From: Sphyrna mokarran
Taxonomy: Eukaryota
Reading direction: 5' to 3'
Length of the DNA: 64,000 bases
Assembly (NCBI GenBank): GCA_024679065.1
Contig: JAGIQG010000005.1
Location: 102,362,001-102,426,000, forward strand
Every line of letters begins with the position of its first letter. The stretch's first letter is position 1. A program made the translations under genes and the position numbers. The notes below the pieces were generated by a model that ran no database searches, was not told where the DNA came from, and saw only the letters and a list, made by a program, of their open reading frames with translations. Shown here one piece after another: positions 26,990 through 40,970 of the stretch.

Positions 26990-29029
26990 GTAAACTTGAC
27001 AACCCCTTAAATGTCCAAATATTTGTACAACCTGTTTCTCAGACTAAAAATACACAGATCTGTACAAGGTTATTTCTTCCCAAGAATTGTTTTATCATCA
27101 TATTCTGAACTCTCAAACCTAATTGTGTATTGACAACATCTGCAATGTAAGCATCACTTTATCTTGAAGACTTTGTATATTTTCATGTGGAGCAGTATTG
27201 CACCATGCTGTATATTTTTAACAAGGAAAACTTGCACTATAGCATCTTCATGATCTTGGGACATTCCCAAGTATATTACTGCCATTACTTTTATAATGCA
27301 GGAAGTGCAGTAGCCAATTCATGCAGTTTATTGTGAATTCCAGGTTGAAATGCAAAAATTGACTTTCAAAGCTACTTATTATGTACTTTCCTATTGGTGA
27401 TAATGGTGCCCTTACAATGGTTGAAACTGATGATTCTTACCGTTTTTTATAAAGGATAAATTGGATAACTCACTTAAATCTCGTCTACCTAGACATTGAT
27501 TTGTAAAAGAAATGGCATCTCTAAATTGGCCTACTCTGATTTTGGCCCAATCTCAGACCAGTAATTAATGTGGAATCTTAAAGTGAAATGGACATACATT
27601 CTTTTTGTGCAACTTTGATCTTGTTGCAACAGATCTTGACACTTGATCACATGATATTTAAACCACCCACAGTCACTTATGGAAATTTCCAAACATGGTC
27701 ACTTTCTCTAATGAGATAATCTCTGAATAGTAGAACATTCAAGGACAGTTTCACATACTACTTGCAGATTGGTTAGACAGGACATGGATTTTTTTTCCCC
27801 ATTTGAAGAAAAGCATTGATTACAGACTCAAGTAATTTCCTGTGGCTGTCCTATCAAATTTCTTTGTAACCTCATTCTCATACTTGTGAATTATTCTTCT
27901 ATTATTTGACAAACGTGCAACAGGGAGCATCAGCTTGCATTATTATATATTGCCATTCATTTGCTTTTAATAATATGTACCTGTATATCATTCAATGTTT
28001 AAGAAAAGCTTGATGTTCTTCAAAATGAAATTTTGAAAGACAGAAAACAGGTAGTATTTTATGGTGCCCTCTTTCAAGAGCAGAACCAGGCATAAGAAAA
28101 TCCAGCAGTGAGTGACTGAAACTGGGGATTTTTCATATTTTATTGCAATGTTAATGTAAGTCTAATTGTGACACTAATAAATAAACTTAAAGAAAAACTT
28201 CAAACTTTAAAAACTGAAAATAGGTAGTTCCTTGAATGACAGGATAGGATGAAAACTTAGTCTTGGGACACACAATCATGAGCTACACACACAACGTACT
28301 AGATTTCTGGGTTGCCATCAACAGGATCCAGAAGATGGGCCTTAAATCCTGGAGGATCTGAACAGTCAATGAGGATTGGCAATCCAGAGTTAATCCAAAA
28401 CATATTGTACTTGTGATTTTAGAGTTAGATTTTTGTTTTTCCCTTTTTTATTTTCTTCAGTACTGTTTTTAAACTGGTTCCTACAGAAGAGCTAAGATAG
28501 GTTGACAGATGTGATTGAGGTTCAATGAATATTTATTTTCCCTCTCTGCTTCTGGATTAGTGGCAATTTATTTTCGCATCTGTTTCTTTATGAAATTCAC
28601 AAATGGGTAAGTTGTATTAAATATATCACTGTTAAGTCTTTTCAGCTGTGAATTAACTAGTTATTACCATGGGCTTTATTTGAATCCATTCAATTTTTCT
28701 CAATTAATAATTGCTAGTTTAAAAAAAACTACATTAAAAAAAACCACAGATAACTTCTTGCTGTTTGAATAAAGAAGTTGTTTGAAATGACTGTACAAGC
28801 ACTTTTATATGCTAAGTATAACTTGTGTATTGAGTAGTCTTCTGTGTAAAAGACAATTAACGTATTCAATTTGCATGTAGATTTTTTAATGTCATGTATT
28901 AATAATTACAATCATTCATTTTGAATATTTCCTCTTTCCTCAGTAGATTTTGATTTTTCAAAATGATTTCTAAATGCTGTATGCTGCCATTTATGAGCTG
29001 TCAACTTTTTTAAAGTGACAAACGTTGTG

Positions 29030-29340
29030 GATGGCACAGTGGTTAACTTGGCTGTCTCAGCGCCAGGGACCTGGGTTTAATTCTGCTCTTGGGTCTGGTC
29101 TTGAAGACTATGTGGAGTTTTCTTCCGGAATCTATGTGACTTCGTTCTGGGTGCTCCAGTTTTCTGCTGTACTCCAAAGATATGCGGATTAGGTTGATTG
29201 GCCATATTAAATTGCCTCTTAGTTGAGGGGGATTAGCAAGGTAAATACATAGGGTTGTAGGGATAGGACTCGGGTGGGATTATTGTCAGCATGGACTCGA
29301 TGGGTTGAATGACCTTCTTCTGCACTGTAGGGATTCTAAG
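29030..29340 (+). mobile_element. HE1-like SINE
   Basis: ggcacagtggtta...cgccagggacctgggttt...gcactgtagggattcta. Confidence 0.8.
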
Positions 29341-29754
29341 AACACGTGGAAAACTGTAATTTCTTTATGTTGCTATATCCAAAATTACATTTAGTAGAAA
29401 TTAATTTTCAAATTACTGGGATGCTTAGGAATTTTAAACTCCATGGCCTGTAAATTCTTTCTGCAATTGGATAATCAAAACACACAATTATGTTATGAAA
29501 CTTCGGGCATTGAAGATAAATGATTTGACAAAACTTGTGAAGTGCTATGCTAATTTCACGCTACATGAATCGTTTTTACTTTCCGTTTCCAATACAAAAA
29601 TCAATAAAATTGGATGGAATTCTTAAATTTCTCTTTCTCTTTGAAATTCTTTGTATGGTCTAAATGGAAAGATGAGGGCAATCATCACTCATAAATAAAA
29701 CACCATTAGTAATTGGCATCATCTTTAAGCATACTTAAGTTGAAGTTTTTATAA

Positions 29755-30045
29755 ATTATTGTCACAAGTAGGCTTACATTAACACTGCAATTAAGTTATT
29801 GTGAAAATCCCCAAGATGCCATACACCGGCACCTATTCAAGTACGCTGACAGAAAATTTGGCATGGCCACTGTACCTAAGCAGCACATCTTTTGGATTGT
29901 GGGAGGAAACTGGAGCACTCCGAGGAAACCACATAGATACACAGAGAACGTGCAAACTCTGCACAGACAGCGACTCAAGCTGGGAATCGAACCCAGGTCA
30001 CTGTGCTCTGAGACAGTAGTGCTAACCACTGTGCCACTGTGCCGT
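29755..30045 (-). mobile_element. HE1-related SINE (variant tail)
   Basis: gtcacaagtaggcttacattaacactgcaat...gtgctaaccactgtgcc. A related copy lies at 37140-37410. Confidence 0.8.
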
Positions 30046-30315
30046 CCTGGGTCTGGTAAACAAAACATTTCTCCCAGTCAACTTAAGTCCCACAAATGTG
30101 AAATTTCCATTTCCACCAGCAGCCTAATGGCCCAGGAATAATCGAAATTGGACTGATGCTTTGCCCAAACTGATTTGTAACTATCAAAAGTGGAGGGATG
30201 CTTCTCTCATTCTATATGTCCAATGGGTATGAGCAAACCACTGCACTATCCATCTACAATTTTATCCTTCAGTTGTGAGCATTGATTATATGCTTTTTTT
30301 TTGGTGCTATTACAG

Positions 30316-30500
30316 TGCTTGAGGACCAACAGAACCCTCGACTAATCAAAAACCTTCTTCACGATCTGGGTTCTGCCCTCTGTATCCTAGTTCGTGAGGT
30401 GGGAAGGTGTGTCCTTGTTGGAAACATTAACATTTGGGTATACCGCATGGAAACAATTCTGAATTGGCAACACCAGCTAAACAATCTTCAGATTACCAGG
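30316..30500 (+). CDS. FBXO25: FBXO25 coding exon 6 ([18 protein letters not shown]...[30 protein letters not shown])
   Basis: Acceptor attacag, donor AGG|GTAAGA. Contained in ORF 30282..30533. Confidence 0.96.
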
Positions 30501-32020
30501 GTAAGAATACTAAATTCACTTCATTGCTTATGACCTTGTTTGGTTTAACTTTCTTGTTGATCAGATATGTGTTATTTTAGCAATTGATTAGTATGTGGTA
30601 TTAACAAATTTGTTGCTTATCTTGATATCACCCCAGTTGCTATGACTGGAGTTGCTTCTGGGCAAACAAAATATAATCTCGTATTTAATTATACACCTTT
30701 TGCTTGTTTTCAGTACTTTCTGTTTAGATTACATCTTACAAATCGTGAGTATTGTTTTGAAGAATCAGATTTGTGGATTTACAGTTTTTTAAGCCAGTGA
30801 AAAGGTTTGAGTGCCAGATAATCTCCAGTAATAGAAGCCAATCATCTCCCTAACATTTTATAGAATCACCATCACTGAATTCCCCAACATCAACATCCTA
30901 GAGACATTGTTGGCTAAGCCGTACAGACACTGCAACTATAAGATTAGGTCAAAGGATGGGAATTTTGTACCAAGGGATTGACTTCCCAACTTTCAAAAGT
31001 CAGTAAGCTCGGTTGGCTGGCCGCCTAGTTTGCAATGCAGGGTGACTGCAACAACATAGGTTCAATTCTTGTACTGGCCTACCTTCTCAACATCTCTTTC
31101 TGCATCCTCCACCTAGCCTGAGGTGTGATGAACCTCAGGTTAAATCGCCACCAGTCAACTCTCTCCCTCATTGGAGGAGAACAGCCTATGGTCATCTGGG
31201 ACAATGCTTAAAATTTAGCAGCAAATTTTTCTTGAGGGGCGTGATCAATTTGAGCCACTCTCTTTTATGCCTTGCTCTGTTAAAACGCAATCTGAGCAGT
31301 GTTTAGAAAACTTTGGTACTTAAAAGTAAGTTTATGAATAAATTTGCAAGATCGTGGATTTGTACTATATATACTAACTGCATTGAATGCTGAAATACCT
31401 AGGTCACTTTAATTACTTAATACAAATGCATCAGCCCACATTTGGATGGTAATAGAAAGTAAACAATGGGTAAGTTAATGTTTGCATCCACTTGAATTCT
31501 AGTAATTCCATTCTTTTGTAATGGCCTAGAACCATTTGCATATCATGAAAATACTATAATTGTATGATGCCTTATCACATAAATTTTCAGACCCTTTTGT
31601 CTTTGGCCACTTATTACTGCAGGGATGAATAATGCAGAATTTTAAATCCCAAGATTGGTGGGTGGGAGCGAAACTGTCCATTTCTGCTTCAAAGGTGAGC
31701 CTGCTAATAGGCAACCAGTCTGGTGGTAGGCAACCAATCTGCCTACAAGATGCAGGTCTGTCAATTAAGATATTTTTTGAGACTGTCTTTTTTCCTTTCA
31801 ACAAGATTGTTATAATCAACCCATGGAGGTTTAGTTTGGCATCCCAGCTTGTTTAAATTATTGCTCACGAGTAGATGGCAGTAATGAACTTGCTGCAGTC
31901 TGATGTATGTATGTGTAGGCGTGACATGGAGATGCTGGTGTTGGACTGGGGTAAACACAGTAAGAAGTCTCTCAAAACCAGGTTAAAGTCCAACAGATTT
32001 ATTTGGTAGCAAAAGCCACT

Positions 32021-32056
32021 AGCTTTCAGAGCGCTTGCTGCTCCTTCGTCAGGTGA
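32021..32056 (-). ncRNA. Hammerhead-ribozyme-like core within the Penelope terminus
   Basis: Minus strand CUGACGA-AGGAGC(AGCAAGC)GCUCU-GAAA-GCU: both catalytic boxes flank a stem II. Stems I and III were not verified. Confidence 0.5.
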
Positions 32057-32236
32057 GCAGGAGTTCTGTTCACAAACAGCGCATTATAAAGATACAAACT
32101 CAATTTACAAAATAGTGGTTGGAATGCGAGTCTTTTACAGGTAATCAAGTCTCAAAAGTACAGACAATGAGTGCAGAGAGCATTAAGCACAGAGATGTGT
32201 ATTGTCTCCATAAAGGACAGTTAGTGAGATTTTGCA

Positions 32237-32367
32237 NNNNNNNNNNNNNNNNNNNNNNNNNNNNNNNNNNNNNNNNNNNNNNNNNNNNNNNNNNNNNNNN
32301 NNNNNNNNNNNNNNNNNNNNNNNNNNNNNNNNNNNNNNNNNNNNNNNNNNNNNNNNNNNNNNNNNNN
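32237..32367. other. Assembly gap (131 N)
   Basis: Run of n characters. Confidence 1.
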
Positions 32368-35221
32368 GAGGACTGGGATCTTGTGTTCATGTCACACTAT
32401 CTGTAACCCCCACAACTTGCCTGGGCTTGCAAAATCTCACTAACTGTCCAGTCTGGAGATAATATACATCTCTTTAACCTGTACTTAATGCTCTCGCCAT
32501 TCACATTGTCTGTAGTTTTTGAGGCTTGATTATCTGTATCTGTACAGTCTCGCATTTCAACCATTATTTTGTAAATTGAGTTTGTGTATTTGTATGCCCT
32601 GTTTGAACAGAACTCCCACTCTCCTGTCGAAGGAGCAGCAAGCGTTCCGAAAGGTAATGGTTTTTGCTACCAAGTAAACCCAGTGTTGTGAGACTTCTTA
32701 CTGTGTATATGTAGGAAAAGGGAGCAGGCATTTGCTCCTTTGAAACTGCTCTGCCATTTAATTATGATCATGGTAGATCATCCAATTCAATAGCCTGATT
32801 TCCCACTCCCCCCTCCCCACCCCCCAATATTTTTGATCCCCTTCACCTCAAGTGCTATATCTAACTGGTTCTTGAAAACATACAACTTTTTGTGGAGATC
32901 CAAAGTATGAAAGGATGTTACTGAAATGCATCATGCCACACCATAAGCTGACCATTCTCTGGATAGAGAAATTTTTTTCTCATCTTTCCCCTAAATGATC
33001 TACCCTGTATCCTCAGACTATGACCTCTGGCTCCTGACATCTCCACCATCAGGAACATCTTTCTTGCATCTATCCTGTCTAGTCTTGTTAGAATGTTATA
33101 GGTTTCTGCTCCACCAGCTTGCTTACCTTCAGTGGCTGGCATATAGGTCTCATTACATGCTGCCCCCTCTTAATTTATGGCCATTCAAATCGCAATCTGC
33201 TCTCCTGATTTTGGTACCATAGTGGTTGATCTCATATTTATCCAAATTATGCTGCCATTTGTTGGCCCACTCAACTTGTCCAAATCACACTGAAGGATCT
33301 CTGCATCCTCTTCACAGCTCATCCTCCCATTCACTTTGTGTCATCTGCAGATTTGGAGATATCAGATTTCGTTCCCTTATAAAAATCATTAATATATGAG
33401 GTACCCTTATTGATCTCTGCAACACCACACTAGTCACTGCCTGCCATTTGGGGAAAAAGACTGGTTTATTCCTACTTTTTTATTTCCTGTCTGCCAACCA
33501 GTCTTAATACATCTCCAATCCCATCCATTTTAATTTTACAGCAAACCTCTCAGGTGTGATTTGCTCTAAAGCCTTTTAAAAGTCCAAGTAAAGCACATCC
33601 ACTGGCTGAACTTCTTCAACTCTATTACATCATTGAAGAATTCCAGTAGATTTGTCAAGAATGATTTCCCTTTCATAAATCCTTACTGATTCTGATCGAT
33701 CCTGCCATTTTCCCAAGTGTTTTGCTATAAAATCTTTAATGGATTGTAGAATTTTCGTCAGTACTGACATCAGGCTTACTGGTCTATAATTCTCTATTTC
33801 CCTTTTTAAATAGTGGAGTTACGTTAGCTACCCTCCAATCCTTAGGAACTGTTCCAGAGTCTATAGGATATTGGAAGATGACCACCAATGCATTCACTAT
33901 TTTTCAAGCCACGTCCTTAAGTATTCTGGTATGTAGATCACTATGCCCTGGGAATTTGGATCTCAATCCTATCAGCTTCCCTATACCATTTCTCTATTAA
34001 GATTGATCTCCTTCAGTTCCTTCCTGTTGGTAAACTCTTGTTTTCCCAAAATTTCTGCATCTTTATTTGTATCTTCCTCTGTGAAGAGGGAATCAAAGTA
34101 TGTATTTGGTTGCTCAGCCATTTCTTTGGTCCCAATTATAAAGTTCCCTGTTTTTGAAGGTAAGACATTTGTCTTCACAGTCAGTTTTTATGTTACATGC
34201 AAGCTTACACTCATACTCAATGTTCCCCTTCTTAACCAGTCCTTGGCTAAATTCTAATCCTTGGGTCTCTTGGTCAATTTATATGCTCTCCCTTGGATCT
34301 GATACCATCTCTAATTTCCCTTTTAAGCCATGGTTTTACTTCTGCACCAGACAGAAATGAACATTTCTTGTAGTTTACCCATGCTTTCCTTGAATATTTG
34401 GCATTGCCTATCCACCATCATGCCTTTAGATAGCATTCCCTAATCCATCATACTAACTCATGCCTTGTCATCATAGTTTCCTTTATTAAGATTCAGGACC
34501 CTAGTTTCTAAATCAACTACATCACTTTCCATCTTAATGAAAAATTCTGGTGTGTTATGGTCGCTCATTGCCAAGGGGACTTGCACAACTAGGTTGCCAA
34601 TTATTCCTTTCTTATTACATGATATCGAATCTAGAATGGCCTGCTTTCTAGTTGGCTCTTCAATGTATTGATCCAGAGAACCAACCCATATACACTTCCA
34701 AGAATTTCTCCTCTATGGTTTAGTGATTTTACCCAATCTATATGCAGATTAAAATCACCCATGCAAATGCCCCTTTCTTGCATATATCCCTAATTTCCTG
34801 TTTAATACATTCCCAACTTCACTATGTACAACACCTACTAATGTTTTTTTGTTCCTTTTTTGATGTTTTAATTCTGTCCAAATGGATTCCACATTGTCGG
34901 AGTTAATATCCTTTCTCTTTATCTCTTTTTGTGTGTCCTTCCTGAATATCCCTGGATGTTCAGTTCCCATCCCTGGTCACCCTACAGCCATGTCTCCGTA
35001 ATCCAGGCTATATTAAACCAGTTTACATCTATTGTAAATACTCCATACATTAAGGCACAAAGCTATTTGTCTTGTATTTTTAACATTACTGGTCTCATCC
35101 CCACTATTTTTCATTTGAGGCATGTTTGAATTTGATCCTTAGTTTTCTCTGCCTTTTCTTATTCTCCTTTCTGTCTTTGGTTTTTGTCCTTGATTTTTCC
35201 CCCTCCTCTGACTCCTTGCCT

Positions 35222-35548
35222 AGAACATAGAATACAGAACCTTACAGTGCAGAAACAGACCCTTCAGCCCATCGAGTCTGCACCAACCACAATCCCACTC
35301 AGGCCCTATCCCCATATCCCTACACATTTACCCACTAATCCCTTTAACCTACACAACCCAGGATACTAAGGGGCAATTTTAGCATGGCCAATAAACCTAA
35401 CCCGCATATCTTTGGACTGTGGGAGGAAACCCATGCAGACATGAGGAGGATGTGCAAGTTCCACACAGACAGTGATCCGAGCTGGGAATCGAACCCAGGC
35501 ACCTGGAGCTGTGAAGCAGCAGTGCTAACCACTATGCTATCATGCCAC
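35222..35548 (-). mobile_element. HE1-like SINE inserted in a CR1 LINE
   Basis: gggaatcgaacccagg...gcagcagtgctaaccact. Confidence 0.8.
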
Positions 35549-36159
35549 CCATCCTCCAATCATTTTAGTTAAACCTTCACCAACCACTCCAGCAAATAGC
35601 CCCCCATGACATCAGTTTCAGTCCTACTCAGTTTCTATTGGTCTCACCTATCTCAGAACCAATCCTAATGCCTCTAGAATCTGAAACCCTCCCTTTCTCA
35701 CTATCTCTTCAGCTATCTACTCATTCAATATATTCTGTATTTAAACTCTGACTACCATATGGTACTGGTAGTATTCCTGAAACCTTTGAGGTCAGTCTAC
35801 TCCATTTTATTCCTAACTTCCTATATTCAGCTTTTAGGACTTCATCCCTTTTTATTGTCCATATCATTGGCAGCAATGTGTACCATGCCCATTAGCTTTT
35901 CACTCTCCCTTCCAGATGTTCTGTAACCCTGGCACCAAGGAGTCAACATGTCATCCTGGAGTCTCATTTTTGGCCACAAAAACGCCTATCTATTACCCTT
36001 ACAATTAAATCCTCTATAACTATTGCATTTCTGCACTCTTTTTATTTCTCCCCTCTGCAACAGAACTAACCAAGGTGCGACAAATTTGGCTGTTGCTGCT
36101 TTCCCTTGCATGATCATCCCCCTCAACTTTATCCAAAACACTGTCTGTTTTCAGAGGAA

Positions 36160-36240
36160 TGATGTGGAAATGCCAATGTTAGACTGTAGTAAACACAGTA
36201 AGAAGTCTGACAACACCAGGTTTAGTCCAACCGATTTATT
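36160..36240 (-). mobile_element. Short Penelope-like terminal fragment inserted in CR1 sequence
   Basis: gtaaacacagtaagaagtctgacaacaccaggtttagtccaac is similar to 31950-32000. Confidence 0.6.
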
Positions 36241-37139
36241 ATAAATTGTGTTCAGGGGAATGGCCATAGGAGACTGCCTGTCTCACCCTCTTGCTCTGTC
36301 TGGTGGTCACCGATTCCCTTCATGCAGGGGATTCATAGCCTGTAGTCTGACCACTTGCTGTACGTGCTAGCCAGAGTCCTGTTAGGTAGGGAGTTCTAGG
36401 ATTTTGACCTAGCAACAAGAAAAGAACCAGCAATTTTGTCTAAAGTCAGGACAAATGTGTGGCTTAGGATATTGGGGTCAGGGTGGAAATCCTGGGACCA
36501 TTCTTGTAAATGCTTTTTTGCACTTTGTCCAATGGCACCCAGAACTGGACACAATACTCAAGCTAAGGTCTGTATACTGTCTTGTATTAGTTCAGCATAA
36601 CCTTCTTGCTGTTCTGCTCTAGAGCCCTCAGCTTTATTAATTGCTATCACCACTCTCCTACATCTTCATTGGTCTATACACATTTATACCCACCACCCAC
36701 CTGAAGAATTTTATCCCTTATTTTATACCATCTTTCCATGTTCTTCTTACCAAAATACACCACCTCATACTTCTCCACATTCAACATCATCTGCCCATTC
36801 TACCAACTTGTCCATCTTTCTGGAGCTTTACACTGTCCTCATCACAATAGCTCTTTTCATAGATTTACATTACTTCTAGTTTTGTTTATTCTTTAAACTT
36901 TGAAATTGTCCCTTTCATAGCAAGATCATATCATTAATATATATTGAAAAGCAAGTGTTCCAATACCAATCCCTGGGGGAATAGTACTACAAAACCTTCT
37001 CTAACCCAAAAAAAATCCATTGATCGTTATATTTTGCTTCCTATTATTCAACCAACTTTGTATTTATTTTGCTACTGTTCTTCAAGTGTGTGGCACTGTA
37101 TCAAATGTCTTCTGAAAGTCCAAGTAAAAGTAAAAGTTT

Positions 37140-37410
37140 TAAAGTTTATTTATTAGTCACAAGTAGGCTTATGTTCACACTGATGAAGGTTCCATGAAAA
37201 TCCCCTAGTTGCCACACTGTTATGGTACACTGAAGGAGAATGTAGCATGGCCTTTCTATCTGACCTGCGCATCCTTGGACTGTGGGAGAATCCGGAGGAA
37301 GCCCTTGAAGACACAGGGAGAAGATGCAAACTTCACACAGTGACCCAAGCTAGGAATCAAATCCAGGTCCCTGGCGCTGTGAAGCAGCAATGCCAACCGT
37401 TGTGCACTGC
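37140..37410 (-). mobile_element. HE1-related SINE
   Basis: Same family as 29755-30045. Confidence 0.75.
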
Positions 37411-38890
37411 ATCATATCATTACCTTCGTTGTTCCTTTCTGTTACCACTTCAAAAAGCTCACTCCAGCATGTTAGTCAAGTACAATTTCTCTTTCAGAAA
37501 TCCGTGCTGGCTTTTCCTAACAAGCAACATTTTCCCATGTGATTCTGTCCCAAAGCTTCTAGAAGCTTGCCTACTGCTGATGTTAATCTGATTGGCCGGT
37601 AATTATTAGACTATCTTTTACGTTTCTTCTTGAACAAGGATTTGCGATATTCCAATCCTCTAGCATCTCCGCTGAGTCTAGAGAAGAATGATTTATGCCA
37701 TTTATATGGTGGACTAACATTGGGAGGTCAATCTATTGCTGCAAAATTCTCATCCTTTGATCAAGCCTTATAGTTGCAGTATCTGTATGGCTGGTCCAGT
37801 TAAGCTTTAGCCAAACAATGCTTCTCGGATGTTGATGTTGGAAGATTCAGTGATGGTAGCTCAATAAAATGTCAAGAGGTGGTTGAACTCTGTTAGAGAA
37901 TATCTGACACTTGATGTGAATGTTATTCGCCACTTATTAACTCCAGCCTGCTCTGTGTGGACACATACTGCCTCATTTTTCTGATTTGGAAATGGAAGTT
38001 TGTGAGAGAATGAAATTATTGATAAAACAGCCAAGATGCTTGGACCTAGGACACTACAACTCTGAGAAACTCCTGAGTAGGAACGATCGGCCTTCAAAAA
38101 ACCATAGTTACTAACTCTGATCCAGTCAGTGGAAAATTTTGCTCTGATTTTCATTTGACTACAGTTTTAGTGTTACTTCATGGCACATTCTGTCAGTTCT
38201 TTGATCCATGTTTGGCTGATGTGAGATCTGAAGCCAACTGGCACTTACAAAGTATTGGTAAGGTGTTGCTTGATAACACTGCCTTTCATCACATCGTTGG
38301 TGATTTAAAGGTAGACCGCTAGAACAGATTAAATTTTACTGCTTTTGCTTGAATAGGATGTGCCTGGGCAATTTCCCACTTTATTTTGATAGGTGCCAGT
38401 GTTTAATTACCTGGCTAGAAATGCAGCATAAGTCTTCAGTGCTACATTTGGCATATTATCGTGGCCCACTGCCTTTGCTATGTCCAGAACAGCCCATTGC
38501 CTTCGCTGTATCCTGAACACTCATGCGGAATGTGCATTTGACCCTGCAATTGGCAGTGACTTCATTTACCAAGCTTCTGCTTTCTGGTTACTTTAAATCA
38601 GTGGGAAACCCGTTGAATTTCAGCAGATCGCATAACTGAGTTTCCTTAAAAATCCTGCTTTTTCACACCAATCCCCAGGCTCCAATTATTTTAATCAGGC
38701 TATGAGTAAGTATTGCATACTCTATTTCTAAACTGAAAGTCTTTTGTTATATTCCTGAAGGGTATACCATTGAATTGTGTAATGGGTATGGTATGTTTTA
38801 GTTCTGAAAATATTATAAAAGCCTTTGTATAATATATATACTACTTTTCTCCCATTTGGAAGAGCTAATAATACTTTTTTATGTTTACAG

Positions 38891-39073
38891 CAAATAAATA
38901 ATGGAACAACACTTAGTGATCTTCCACTTCACATGCAGAACAGCATTTTATATAAGTTTTCTGATGGCTTGGATATTGTCAGCTTGGGTCAGGTGACTTC
39001 TACTCTGCATATGCTCAGTGAAGACAGACATCTATGGAAGAAGCTTTGTCAATACCATTTTGCAGAAAAGCAG
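38891..39073 (+). CDS. FBXO25: FBXO25 coding exon 7, F-box domain (QINNGTTLSDLPLHMQNSILYKFSDG...LWKKLCQYHFAEKQ)
   Basis: Acceptor gtttacag, donor CAG|GTAAGC. LSDLP F-box start and LWKKLCQYHF motif. Confidence 0.97.
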
Positions 39074-39651
39074 GTAAGCTGATCAGATGAAGCAGAATGT
39101 GGTCTAATAAAATTCAGTAAGGCATGAACATCTTGAAATCCCCTTGGCAAAGCTGGAGATACAAATCCTGAAGAATTTCTACCTTGAATGCTTTTAAGTG
39201 GATGGAATTGGATTGTAAAATTTAACAGAAGATAGTCACAGCTCAGAGTTTAAAACAAATATATATATCGTCATTCTAGAACTCTGTAATTCGCTGACAC
39301 TGCAACAAAGTACCACAGTGAAATTGTACACTCAAGTTAAGGTGTTAATATAAACCAAGAAGAGTGGCCCAATACTAATCCCCTAGAGAATCCCAATGTA
39401 CATCTTCCTCTGGTCCAAAAAAAAATTTAACATCAACCTTTCTCTTTCCTGTCACCTGAATTTTTTTTTTACTCCAGTATATAAATCAAGTACAACCAAC
39501 ATGGTTGAATGAGAGTTTAAGACACAAGTGATAGATAAAGATAAAATAACCTTTTTCCAGGGTGACCATAGTCTTTGACAGGGAGAGCTGACCAGTGTTG
39601 ATTTTAACCTGAGGAACACAACATCTCATTCACGGAGAAGAGTAGTGCCAT

Positions 39652-39780
39652 GATTGTATATGTTTTAAAAAACCTCAAGCAATTTGCATTCATGTACAAT
39701 TTCTGATAGAAAAACCTCTCCATCTATCATTTTAAATATCACTAGTAAATATTATTATATGTATGTCAGACAATGCATAA
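39652..39780 (+). repeat. Local direct duplication of 41171-41294
   Basis: Shared ctcaagcaa.ttgcattcatgt.caatttctga.ag.aaaacctctccatcta...attatatgtatg.cagacaatgc. Confidence 0.85.
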
Positions 39781-40970
39781 CCCAAGCTGAAATGAGAATT
39801 GAACCACACTGTTGCCATCACTCTGCATTATGAACCACCAACTGAGCTAACCAATCCCCAAGTGATACTGCAAAGACACATAACAATGACAAGTAATGGG
39901 CATCCAAATCTTCCTTGAGAATTTTTTCCCATTGACTACTGCATTGAGCTCTGTTTATACCAGTTTTTAGAGAGGATATCTGGATTATTGACTAGGCCTT
40001 ATGGTTCTTTTAAAGGTTTACTTTATTTCAAAAAATACCCAATAAGCATTGTATTCTTTGTCTAAACCTTGGATTGATAAATCCAACCTTTTTAATATCA
40101 TTCATTTACAAATAGCTTTTTGAACCTTCATACGTACCTTCTGAGCTCGATCAATCACTCATTTTCTCATCTTTACTTCATCCTTTCATCATCACATCTC
40201 AAACTATTCTACTTAATTAGTTTTAACCTCTGAGTAATATTCCACCTCCAGCTTACAACTTTTAGGAGTCAGTTGGATCAGTTCTTAAGACTGTCTAAGA
40301 TCTGTTAACACCTTCATAATAGCCATTCATATAGCTGTTCTTATTCAAGGTGTTGAATCATTGTGGTTGCTCACTAAAATAAGTCCTGTTTCTACTTCCA
40401 CACACTAATGAACTCATACTCAGCAAGCATCTTAATAGGAAAGAGTGATATGAAAAGCCTAATACAGCTTTGTACTTTGGTTATTTTAGGTATTTAATAG
40501 TTGCACACTCACTGTTGCAAGAAACCTTCTATTCAAAGGTCCCTTTTTTAGGCTAGCAATCATTACCTAAAGTCAATTATCCCACTAACTAACTTTCTGT
40601 GGAAATGAAACCTTAAGCAATTTCCAGTAAAATGAAACTTGCAACATGAATTTGTGCAGTGTCCCTTTTGTTGCTTCAAATTGACTGACAAATCTATTGT
40701 ATGGCTTTTAAAAGTCCACCCACACCATATCAGTTGCTTTATCTTCAACATTCAAAAATTTACATAACATTGGCAAATTCCCCTTCCCATTTATTTGTAA
40801 TCATATAAGCTACAAATTTGTTTTAAAATATTTCAATTCTATTACTTGCATGAAAAGTAACAAAAATCATTTTGTGACCTTTCTCCTTCCATTAGATCTT
40901 CTGAATTAAGTTACTTAAGTGAAATGTTTTGAACATAAAATTAGCCAAACTTTGCATCTGTCATTTGCAG

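Larger units (their letters stand above)
31925..32706. mobile_element. Penelope-like element termini arranged as an inverted pair around the assembly gap
   Basis: 31955-32236 is the approximate reverse complement of 32429-32706. It includes CTGACGAAGGAGC...GAAAGC and ...ataaa.ctgttggactttaacctgg, which I recognise as a Penelope-type terminus. Confidence 0.75.
32715..36400 (-). mobile_element. Long decayed CR1 LINE (endonuclease-RT)
   Basis: Minus-strand ADDTK-like RT motif (~33340), EMAEQPNTYFDSLFTEED (33981..34178) and VESIWTEL...KKTLVGVV (34755..34970). Confidence 0.8.

Noticed and set aside
29030-29100. tRNA-like A/B boxes here and in similar repeats
   Set aside because: These are heads of tRNA-derived SINEs, followed by SINE body and LINE-like tail, not tRNA genes.
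32119-32462. ORFs containing runs of X
   Set aside because: Artefacts of translating across the N gap.
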